Shown here: in pieces, positions 1 to 8,150 of the stretch | Layout: each line of letters opens with the position of its first letter | Position numbering within the stretch: the stretch's first letter is position 1 | Assembly (NCBI GenBank): GCA_963833125.1 | Contig: CAWHWX010000030.1 | Coordinates: 1 to 53,211, forward strand | Origin: Candidatus Bathyarchaeota archaeon | Lineage (GTDB): Archaea > Thermoproteota > Bathyarchaeia > 40CM-2-53-6 | Direction: 5' to 3' | Length of the DNA stretch: 53,211 nucleotides | Program-made: the position numbers and the translations under genes | The notes under the pieces: generated by a model | Told to the model about the DNA's origin: nothing | What the model saw: the letters and a program-made list of their open reading frames with translations, nothing else | Databases searched by the model: none

Positions 1-992
1 TCGCCCCCAGACCAACGCCAACAGCCAAACCAGCGGCGATGATATGACGACCATTAGAATTATGAGATCCAAGTAAGCAGCCACAGCTGGAACTTGTCGC
101 CCCACAAAATAGCCGACCAACGTAATACTCGACACCCATAATGCCCCGCCCATAATATTGGAGAATGTGAATCGAGAATAACTCATTCCCGCCGCCCCAG
201 CCACAACCGGCGCAAACGTCCGCACCACAGGCACAAATTGCGCCAACAGAACCGCCTTACCCCCATACCTATGGAAGAACCCTCTCGCCCGCTCCAAATT
301 CTCGTTCACGAAACGGAATCTACGCCAGGCGTCACCAGACCACCGCCCGATCGCATACCCTAATTGATCGCCCAAGATGGCCCCCAGAATTGAGGAGAGG
401 ATCAATGCCGTCAGATCTACATATCCAACAGCCGCAAGAACCCCAACCGTCAACAAAAGTGAATCCCCAGGAAGAAAGAAACCGAAGAAGAGGCCAGTCT
501 CCACGAATATGACAATGGGGACAACCCATACTCCTCTACGTCCCAACAGGGATGCAGGGTTGATGATGTCTTTCATAACGAGAACAAAACTATTCAGAAC
601 ATTCAGAGAGCCCGGTACCGCCACTCCGAACACATTGTAAAAGAGTAGCTCCCTCACAACCAGCACTGCTGGAACGAAACTCGCGGCGAAGAACAGGGCG
701 CTTCCAAGCTGACCCAGGCTCCTAAACGATTCAGAAAATCTTGCTGACGTGCTGTAAGTAACCATTGAGGTTATGCAGAGGCCGATGGCGGTGAGAGGAA
801 CGACAGTCCAAATTAGCGCAGAGGAGAATGAGATAATGAATTTGCCCTCTGGTTCCGTGTCCGTGAGTTCTGCGAGGAGGAAATTACCAGTCCCCCCGAA
901 AGATACCGGGGCACGATGAAGAGAACTGAGAGCACAAAGAGCAGCGAATATGCTAGGACGAACGAGAATAGGAGGGCGGTAGCCCGCTTCAT
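1..992 (-). CDS. dedA: DedA/VTT family membrane protein with an extra N-terminal multi-TM region (3' end runs off the window; one frameshift near the C-run at 892-897)
   Basis: Manual minus-strand translation gives IFVETGLFFGFFLPGDSLL, GDQLGYAIGR and FVPVVRTFAPVVAG (DedA motifs). The frame stays open upstream to about 900 and joins the hydrophobic ORF 813..1004 (MKRATALLFSF). Confidence 0.85.
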
Positions 993-1047
993 CTGGCACT
1001 CCACTTCCCGGTTAGATTCTCACTAAGAAAAAAGAATTCTTGTCAAT

Positions 1048-1060
1048 TTCGGTTTACATC
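1048..1060. promoter_or_regulatory. Degenerate copy of the TTCGGTGTACACCGAA operator
   Basis: TTCGGTTTACATC matches TTCGGTGTACACC at 11/13 positions and lies between the divergent dedA and doxX-1. Confidence 0.4.
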
Positions 1061-1107
1061 AGGAGGACGAGGCGGCGACAGCGAGCGGAATCGGTCATTA
1101 ATCTATT

Positions 1108-2003
1108 ATGTTAATTTGCAACATAATTGATTCAATAGTCTGTGACATCAATGCTCTGCCAATCAACGCAGAGAATCTTCAAAGGGATGTTGTATCTAGA
1201 ATGCCGAATGCTCGTGGTTATCAATGGCTTCCCTCGACGCTCCTCCTTCCTCTCAGGGTTTTCTTGGGTGCCACGTTTGTTTATGCAGGAGTTCAACATC
1301 TGACAGACCCTTCTTACTTCGACCCGTCCAGGCCGGGTTTCATCGGTCGTCTTGTAACTCAGTACGCAGTCGGTTCGCCTCTCCATGACTTTCTCATGGG
1401 CGTCGTAGAACCGCACGCGGTCAGCTTCGGGTATCTTGTCGCAACTGGAGAGATTCTCATTGGTTTGGCAGTTCTTGTGGGGTTACTATTTCGGGTTGCT
1501 TGTATCGCGGGCTTGGCGCTTAACCTTACCTTCTTTCTTTCAGCCACTTGGACCGTCTTCCCATTTTATTTCGGATCAGACATAGTTTTCGCGGTGGGTT
1601 GGTTGACTTTACTCCTGACTGGGCCTCAAGCAAATATGAGTATAGATGGCGCGCTCTCGCGACGATTTAACTCGTTGGGCTGGCTCGTATCCGGATCGTC
1701 TGCGATTCCGAGAGCGGAAACAACGCAACCTGAAAAAACCTCCGGCGCCAATGGAGACTTCTGCAGACTCCGTCAAAGGCAGGCTTGTATCCTAAACAGG
1801 TCAGGGAAGTAAACAGCTCCTTTAACAGAATTAAGGAACAATTTCTGGGCAATGAGGAGACACAGACGGTTCTCGAGATGCTCCGCGTTTTTGTGATCAG
1901 CCTAGGGGTTGATAGGAAAGATTCGGTCAAAGTGCTTGACGGGATTGCGAATACTCTGAGAAGAGATGCATGGCAGCAGGATACTGCGGGGCGGTCTGAA
2001 TAA
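1108..2003 (+). CDS. DoxX / TQO small subunit DoxD-like membrane protein, copy 1, with soluble C-terminal extension (frameshift about 1750-1785; true start may be 1201)
   Basis: LPLRVFLGATFVYAG..LTDPSYF, GEILIGLAVLVG and FFLSATW.VFPFYFGSD motifs. ORF 1785..2003 (LYPKQV...) matches the C-terminal part of copy 2. Confidence 0.8.
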
Positions 2004-2643
2004 TTGCTTGAGTCAGAGGAATTATACGAACGATTGCGTAGTCAATGTGGTTTGACGCTTTCAAAGGAAACCTTCGTTTCATTATATTCCGATAAGCCGA
2101 GCGTTCGCTGTACCGATGACACGGGCTGCTTTCCGACCGACTGGAGCTTTCATGAGCCATGAGCAGGCCAAACGGGTCAGCGTGCAGCGGGGTAGACGTA
2201 GTTTTCTACGTAGCCTCATGGTCTTAGGGTTGGCGGGTGTGCTGGGCTTGATCTCGTGGAGCGCCTTATCGCAACCGCAGCCTCAAGCGCCCACCTACGT
2301 TTCAAATCCAGGCTCATCAGGCTCAGCAGGCGGTCAGGTGCTTGCAACAGCACAGAGTGTTCCCTCGGATTCATCGTTACTACTCAACGACCCCACATGG
2401 GGGCCTATGCTGCTAATTCATCTGGATAACGGGCAATTTGTTGCGTACAGCGACATTTGCACTCATGCAGGCTGCCAGGTGAATTTCAACCCATCCGACA
2501 AACTCATCGAATGCCCATGCCACGGAGCAGTCTACGATCCATACCACGCCGCCCAAGTCCTAGCAGGACCCGCACCAGTCCCGCTGACCCAGATCCCGAT
2601 CAGATACGATCAGACTAACGGAAACATATACCTACAATCATAA
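2004..2643 (+). CDS. Tat-anchored Rieske [2Fe-2S] protein, copy 1 (frameshift about 2105)
   Basis: RRSFL twin-arginine motif, TM helix, CTHAGC and CPCHGAVYD boxes. The upstream frame from TTG 2004 (LLESEELYERL...SDKPS) aligns with the N-terminus of copy 2. Confidence 0.9.
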
Positions 2644-2667
2644 AATCCTAGAGTGGTTCCTCCAGGG

Positions 2668-3381
2668 TCAACCAGTCACATAGATGCCGCCCGTTGAGGC
2701 GTTGTATTGTATAGGTATACTCTGAAGCGGGTAAGGTGCTGGGCCGCCCAAAACTTGGGCGTTGTTGTTCGGGTCATATACTGCACCATGGCAAGGACAG
2801 ACAATGTCCCCCATGGATGGGTCGAACTGAACTTGGCAGCCCGCGTGTGTGCAGATTGAACTGTAGGCCACAAATTTTCCATTACCCAAGTGGATCAGAA
2901 TTACCGGCCCATAAGTGGGGTCGTTGAGGGCCAATGACTGGTTTACAGGAATGTTCGATGCGTTGGCTAGCAGTCTTGTCCCCTGAGGTGCGGAATTTGT
3001 TGCGACGCTCTGAGTCTGGGCGATCTGGGCATTACTTGGAAAGTAATTCGACTGCTGCGCTGCAGGGTTAGCGTTAGGATTGTATGATTGAGTCGGCGTT
3101 GGTTGGTTTAGAGCAGAAGCGATCTCGAACAATGCTAGGGCGGAAAAAGATAGTGCTGCAAGTCCAAGCATTGTTTTAAGGAAATTCCGACGTTCTCGTT
3201 GTACGCGAGACCGTTGCTGGGTTCGAACATCGACGTCATGCCGAAAGGATGCACGTGAGAGCAATATCGGGAGTTTGGGTCGACCCGAGAGGCATGAGGA
3301 GATCACGTCATTAGGAACTTGCAACTCATATACCGTAGCCAACCTTTTTGCAATTTGTTCACTTTCCCCAGCGTTTGTCAT
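2668..3381 (-). CDS. Tat-anchored Rieske [2Fe-2S] protein, copy 2
   Basis: RRNFL twin-arginine motif, TM helix, CTHAGC and CPCHGAVYD. Confidence 0.92.
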   Translation of the reverse strand: MTNAGESEQIAKRLATVYELQVPNDVISSCLSGRPKLPILLSRASFRHDVDVRTQQRSRVQRERRNFLKTMLGLAALSFSALALFEIASALNQPTPTQSYNPNANPAAQQSNYFPSNAQIAQTQSVATNSAPQGTRLLANASNIPVNQSLALNDPTYGPVILIHLGNGKFVAYSSICTHAGCQVQFDPSMGDIVCPCHGAVYDPNNNAQVLGGPAPYPLQSIPIQYNASTGGIYVTG

Positions 3382-3397
3382 TGTGTAAGGGCATCTC

Positions 3398-4229
3398 CTA
3401 GTTTTGTCGTTGCTCCTTCGGTCGGGCGTCCTGGTAAGGATATTCTGAAGCGCGCGTAAGGATCCTTACAGCGTCGTGTCGGTCCACACCCAGGCTTATG
3501 ACAAACGCTACGCACGAATTCGAGCATAGTCTGAGTTTCTCGATGCAAAATGAATTGCTGCTTGATTCGGTCGAACGCACGGTCTATTTCGTGCACTTGC
3601 TTCGGGTATAGTATTGCGTTACCAGAAATTGGAACCTGAACTTCAGGCGTTTCGGTCTTGATCGGTTCCGCCTTTATAGTCTGAAGGCTTTGCTGAGGAG
3701 GCTTGGACACTAACCAACTCAAAGATCCATAACGCGCTGCCAATACACCATCGACGCTTTTTCCCAGTTGCGGGCCCGTCAGCAACAGGGTTAACCAGCA
3801 CATGACGAAGACGATGTCGGAACCGAAGTAGAATGGAAACGCATTCCACGTAGCGGATAGATAGAAGGTAAAGTTGAGCAGCAATCCGGCGAACGCTGCG
3901 ATCCTGAAGAGGAAACCTGTTAGAACGGCGATCCCAATCAGACACTCTCCGATGGCAACTGAGTAGCCGAACGCAACTGCGTTTGGCTCAACTACCCCGA
4001 TCAGGAAGGCGTGAATCGGTGATCCGGTTGAGTACCCTATCACGAGTTTTCCAATGTACCCCGCCATGGACGGGGCGAAGTATGAAGGATCAGTTAGGTG
4101 TTGTAATCCTGCGTAAAGGAACGTGAACCCCATGAATATGCGCAATGGCCAAAGCAGACTCGATGGATACATCGGGTTGGCTGAGATTTTTGACGGTCCC
4201 GGTGTGTCCATTGAAATTTCACAGAACAA
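3398..4229 (-). CDS. DoxX / TQO small subunit DoxD-like membrane protein, copy 2 (frameshift about 3515)
   Basis: WPLRIFMGFTFLYAGLQHLTDPSYF and FYLSATWNAFPFYFGSD. The C-terminus continues in ORF 3398..3580 (FVISLGVDR). Confidence 0.82.
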
Positions 4230-4268
4230 CCCTCAACCCGAAGTCGACATTTAAGTGAACGGCACTTC

Positions 4269-4290
4269 CGGTGTACACCGAAGATGAATC
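4269..4290. promoter_or_regulatory. Palindromic operator (CGGTGTACACCG) within a 22-bp direct repeat, upstream of doxX-2
   Basis: CGGTGTACACCGAAGATGAATC is identical to 5112..5133. A minus-strand TATA-like TTAAAT lies at 4255-4250. Confidence 0.7.
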
Positions 4291-4302
4291 GGGCTCCGTA
4301 AG

Positions 4303-4689
4303 CTACTCTTTGTCATCGGGGAGTAGTTGCCTTTCCAAGGAATCGAGTTTCTCAAACCTCTCTCCCCACTTTGAGACAAACTTCCGTTGCCTGATCCAGA
4401 CGCTCAGAGACCACAACACTGCTACTAGCGAGGCGAACAGAAGGAACCAATCTGCGTACTCGAAGTCAAAACCTTCCTCGTGATGAAAGGGCCGTAGGTT
4501 GAACGGAGGGGGGCCAAGGTTTACGAAGACAAAGATAAAGAACCGTGAAAGGAAAAGCAACAGTATAATCGAACCGATCAGGTTGACTTTGGCCTGAGTG
4601 CGAAAACGATTGAACTCAGTCGAAGCCTCCTGCAAGAACCGATGAAGGGTTGCTACAGGGTATTCATCTTCCTTGTCAGACACGGCCAT
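4303..4689 (-). CDS. Hypothetical membrane protein (2 TM)
   Basis: 128-aa ORF with two hydrophobic segments, co-oriented downstream of the wHTH gene. Confidence 0.75.
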   Translation of the reverse strand: MAVSDKEDEYPVATLHRFLQEASTEFNRFRTQAKVNLIGSIILLLFLSRFFIFVFVNLGPPPFNLRPFHHEEGFDFEYADWFLLFASLVAVLWSLSVWIRQRKFVSKWGERFEKLDSLERQLLPDDKE

Positions 4690-4757
4690 TTATCATACCA
4701 CTAGATTGAGGTCACGCGCTTTGGTATAGGGGTAGTTCACCAATGGTGTATCGGTCT

Positions 4758-5030
4758 CTATAGTATTGATGGGAGTGTCTCTCTGAGTTTGAGGTAAACG
4801 TTTCTTCCTTCGGTCGATAAGCGAATGCCTTCGTCTGACTCTTCGATGAACCCTTTTCCTCTAAAGTAATCCAAATACTTCTGAAAGTCGTCGTATGAAA
4901 GTTGAGTTGCATGCCGCCAAAGTGAAGTCTTAGAGTGCGCACCAACATTATAGAATAAGAATTCTAGAATCTCGAACCGTATCTGTACAGGTGATTTCCT
5001 GCCTGGTCGCGTTGGTTTCACAGCACTCAA
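4758..5030 (-). CDS. Small archaeal winged helix-turn-helix transcriptional regulator
   Basis: Pattern R.SPVQI.FEILE...KT.L.....LSY..F..YL..F..KGFIE...LS..G typical of archaeal HTH_45-like proteins. Confidence 0.85.
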   Translation of the reverse strand: MSAVKPTRPGRKSPVQIRFEILEFLFYNVGAHSKTSLWRHATQLSYDDFQKYLDYFRGKGFIEESDEGIRLSTEGRNVYLKLRETLPSIL

Positions 5031-5109
5031 TGGCTTCGACCCTGCACGCGACTATTCCCCTCGATTCCAGACGAGGTGGTCTATCTCTCGGTGAGGCACC
5101 TTTACTGTT

Positions 5110-5133
5110 TTCGGTGTACACCGAAGATGAATC
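5110..5133. promoter_or_regulatory. Perfect 16-bp palindrome TTCGGTGTACACCGAA, second copy of the 22-bp repeat
   Basis: Lies between the divergent wHTH and zinc-finger genes, with TTATAA at 5138-5143. Confidence 0.72.
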
Positions 5134-5173
5134 AGGATTATAAGGCGCCTAACTACATGCTGTAGTTCACACG

Positions 5174-5470
5174 ATGTGTGAAGCGATGCAAACGCATCAA
5201 GAGCCTCACGATGGGAAGCCAGTGGATTTTCGACCAATCATCGGAGTTTATTCGTGCCTCCTTTGCGACCAGATTTTCAGCACTAAATCCAGGCTAAAAC
5301 GACACTACTGCAGAGGGCACCGAGAGAGCATACCAAACTATGAAGGCGAGAACATCGATAGCACGACTCTGGAGTTCAACTTACGCGGACTCAAATTGAA
5401 GCAGAGAGGCCAATCCCGAGTTCACGCGAACCACGTGCCCCACACCAGGTTTGAAAATCGTGATGCTTGA
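5174..5470 (+). CDS. C2H2 zinc-finger protein
   Basis: CLLCDQIFSTKSRLKRHYCRGH fits C-x2-C-x12-H-x4-H with the canonical F and L. A TATA box lies about 35 bp upstream. Confidence 0.7.
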   Translation: MCEAMQTHQEPHDGKPVDFRPIIGVYSCLLCDQIFSTKSRLKRHYCRGHRESIPNYEGENIDSTTLEFNLRGLKLKQRGQSRVHANHVPHTRFENRDA

Positions 5471-5539
5471 GTACAAACAAAGACTTGCGCCCTTAAGGCG
5501 CAGACAGAACTAAGCCTGCGCCCGAACGAACTGACGGGC

Positions 5540-5546
5540 TTATAAT
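5540..5546 (+). promoter_or_regulatory. Archaeal TATA box for the SIS-domain gene
   Basis: TTATAAT 30 bp before ATG 5570, consistent with a leaderless or short-leader transcript. Confidence 0.55.
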
Positions 5547-5569
5547 CTGGTGTAGTTCTCAGGATTCCC

Positions 5570-6710
5570 ATGGCAATCTCGAGTGGTTATGTGCCGCCTC
5601 CGACTCCGGAACGTACACGACATCCGTTCCTAACCTACGACATGATCCAAGAAATACCCGATAGCGTTCGAAAGACATTGGAGATTTCCAGTCGGGCCTC
5701 TCCGATTCCGAAGGAAAGAATTGATTTCTACTATACTGGTTGCGGAACTGCGTACTTCTCAGCCATGCTGGGCTCAAGCATATTATCATTAATGGAAGGT
5801 GACAGGTTCAGGTACGAGTGTGTTCAAGCCCTTGAGCTGTCCCACTATCGCCCTCCAGTCAGCAGGACCAGTGCGACGTTTGGGGTATCACATAGCGGAA
5901 TCACGAAAACCACAATCGACGCTTTAGCCTCAGCAAAGGCGCAGGGCGCATACTGCGTAGGTATCACGCATTTCCCAAACCGCCCAATCGCCTCAGTGGC
6001 AGATGAGACACTCGTCGTTGGAAATGGACCGGATAAATCTCGATGCCACACCAAATGCTACGTAGCCGGCGCAACCGCACTAACCCACATCGGCCTTGAA
6101 CTTCTCGAACAACGAAGCGCTGCGCGGTCTGCAGATCTGCAAGGAATACGGAATAGCCTTTCAGAGTTACCGCAATTAGGTTCGAAGGTTCTCAGCTCGA
6201 CCGAGCAAAGCATGAAGGAGTTAGCGGAGGAGCATGCAGGGAAACAGACGATTTATTTCGCTGGGACGGGCGCGAGCTCATCCAAACGCCCTTGAAGCCG
6301 CGTTAAAGGTCATGGAGTCGAGCTACGTTCCTGCTCAAGGGTTTGAGACCGAACAACTTCTACACGGCCCCTGGGTCTCCTTAGACGCAGAAAGCGTAGT
6401 ATTCCTGATGGCTACGGAGGGACGGACATATGGGAGAAGTTTGGATTTGGCTAAGGCCGCAACAAGCCTAGGAGCGACCGTCATACCCATAGTGTACGAA
6501 GATGACTCGGAAATTGCCTCCGTCTGCAAGCATGTCGTTGAGGTACCAACGGTTGACGAGCAAATTGCACCGTTCCTCAGCATAATCCCACTTTATCTAT
6601 TCGCCTACTACATGGCCCTGCAACGCGGGAAGAATCCCGACTACATACACTACCTAACGCCAGCCTACTGGAATGCTCGGCAAATCATCTTTCCCCCAGG
6701 AACACATTGA
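5570..6710 (+). CDS. Double SIS-domain sugar-phosphate isomerase/deaminase (GlmS C-terminal / FrlB-like; frameshift about 6270)
   Basis: MIQEIPD, TGCGTAYF, GVSHSG.T..T, ALEAALKVME and HGP motifs over ORFs 5570..6295 and 6234..6710. No glutaminase domain. Confidence 0.88.
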
Positions 6711-6749
6711 GGGTGGTGTCCACCCATGACATGGGTGGGCCCATGTCAT
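6711..6749. terminator. Nested inverted repeats immediately after the SIS gene stop
   Basis: GGGTGG/CCACCC, CCACCCATG/CATGGGTGG and ATGACATGGG/CCCATGTCAT overlap one another. Confidence 0.45.
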
Positions 6750-6865
6750 CCAGTCAAACCGGGCAACGTAGATTCCATGGTACACCGTCGTACGGATAAT
6801 GGAGCACTAGCTTTTCATAGGACTATTTAGACTTAGGTGGAAAACTCACCGAGTGTAAATACCGC

Positions 6866-8125
6866 TTGCGTGCTGCCCGACTCTCACTGTGCGTCGCTCT
6901 GGTGGCCCTCTTCCTCTCTGCCAGCACATTTACCTCCCCCACCTCGTTAAGTCGCCCGAACGAATACACCCACCCTGCCGCATTCCTCCAGCCGCTTGAT
7001 TCCGTAAATGATTCGCAAACCACCGGGCATCACGTTCAGGTTGGCGCGTGGGGAAACGTAGACTCAGTGGGAAACGAGGGAGTGCAGGCTGAGATTCAGA
7101 CAAAATCGTACAACGTGTCGAATCAGGGTCAGGACGCTTTTTGGGTGGGAGACGTTCTCAATAATGACGCATTCATTCAGTTCGGCTACTTGATTCTCTC
7201 GCCAGGTTACTACTGTTTATCCGCCCATGTAATGACGAACGGAACGAGCTGCTCCGGAAGCGCTGATACAATCGGCTTCTCGGATGTGCGCTGGTTCTGG
7301 GCGTATTTCCCTAACATGCAGGTGGTTAGTGACTGGTACTATGAGTTCGGGCCAGGAAACTCTGCTGGGTTGAATAACACTTGGAATCTCTATTCGATTC
7401 AACCGAGCGCGTCGGGTGACTGGAGTTTTCAGATGGATGGGGTAACAGTCTACTCCACGAACTTCCCGTCTGCAACATCAACCTCTCCCGCCCATGTCGT
7501 AGCGGAGAAGGCGTCGGGCTCGTATCTGGCCCCGTTGGGCCCTGTGGAATTCCGTAACCTTGCTTACCTTGGCAACGATACTCTCTGGCACGGCACATCG
7601 TCGTTAACGCCCATCGATGGGTGTGGTTATGGGGACAGCTTGCCTTGTAACTTCACTATTCCCTATGGGGTTGTGTCGGTTGGAGCTAACGACATAGTCG
7701 CCGGATCTAACGTAACGACACCGTCGGTTAATCAACCGCTTTGGCTTCGTCAATCGCCATGTTCCCTGAGTACGACCTTAACCGATGCCGCCGCCACGGG
7801 TACTGCTCCATTGAATGTCACGTTGACTGAATCTGTCTCGGCGTCGAGCGGGGTGATGAGTACGGATTGGTGGTTCGGAGACGGATCATATCTGCACGGT
7901 AACTCTAGCCAAACGGTCACCTATCGAACTCCGGGAAACTACACGCCCTTGGTCCGTGTCCTAGATTCGTCCGGATGTTTGAGCGAGGCCACGGGAAAGG
8001 TAGTTGTGGCCCCCCCAAGTGCCACGACCTCACCGACATCTTTTGTTGCGTCACAGCTCGCAATCAACGTGAGTGTAGAGACTGCGGCTGCGTCCTTGTT
8101 TGTGCTACGGAAAGCACCGGTTTAG
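6866..8125 (+). CDS. Secreted protein with a beta-sandwich (possibly G1 glutamic-peptidase-like) domain and a C-terminal PKD domain
   Basis: Signal peptide; GTAPLNVTL...WWFGDG...TYRTPGNYT PKD motif; FWVG...FIQFGY...VVAE. Confidence 0.75.
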   Translation: MRAARLSLCVALVALFLSASTFTSPTSLSRPNEYTHPAAFLQPLDSVNDSQTTGHHVQVGAWGNVDSVGNEGVQAEIQTKSYNVSNQGQDAFWVGDVLNNDAFIQFGYLILSPGYYCLSAHVMTNGTSCSGSADTIGFSDVRWFWAYFPNMQVVSDWYYEFGPGNSAGLNNTWNLYSIQPSASGDWSFQMDGVTVYSTNFPSATSTSPAHVVAEKASGSYLAPLGPVEFRNLAYLGNDTLWHGTSSLTPIDGCGYGDSLPCNFTIPYGVVSVGANDIVAGSNVTTPSVNQPLWLRQSPCSLSTTLTDAAATGTAPLNVTLTESVSASSGVMSTDWWFGDGSYLHGNSSQTVTYRTPGNYTPLVRVLDSSGCLSEATGKVVVAPPSATTSPTSFVASQLAINVSVETAAASLFVLRKAPV

Positions 8126-8150
8126 ATCGCCGAAATGGTATTCTACCTTT

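Noticed and set aside
1108-4229. Cytochrome bc complex, arsenite oxidase, or an assembly-made inverted duplication
   Set aside because: No cytochrome b or AioA gene is present, and the two copies are clearly diverged, so they are not an artefactual repeat.
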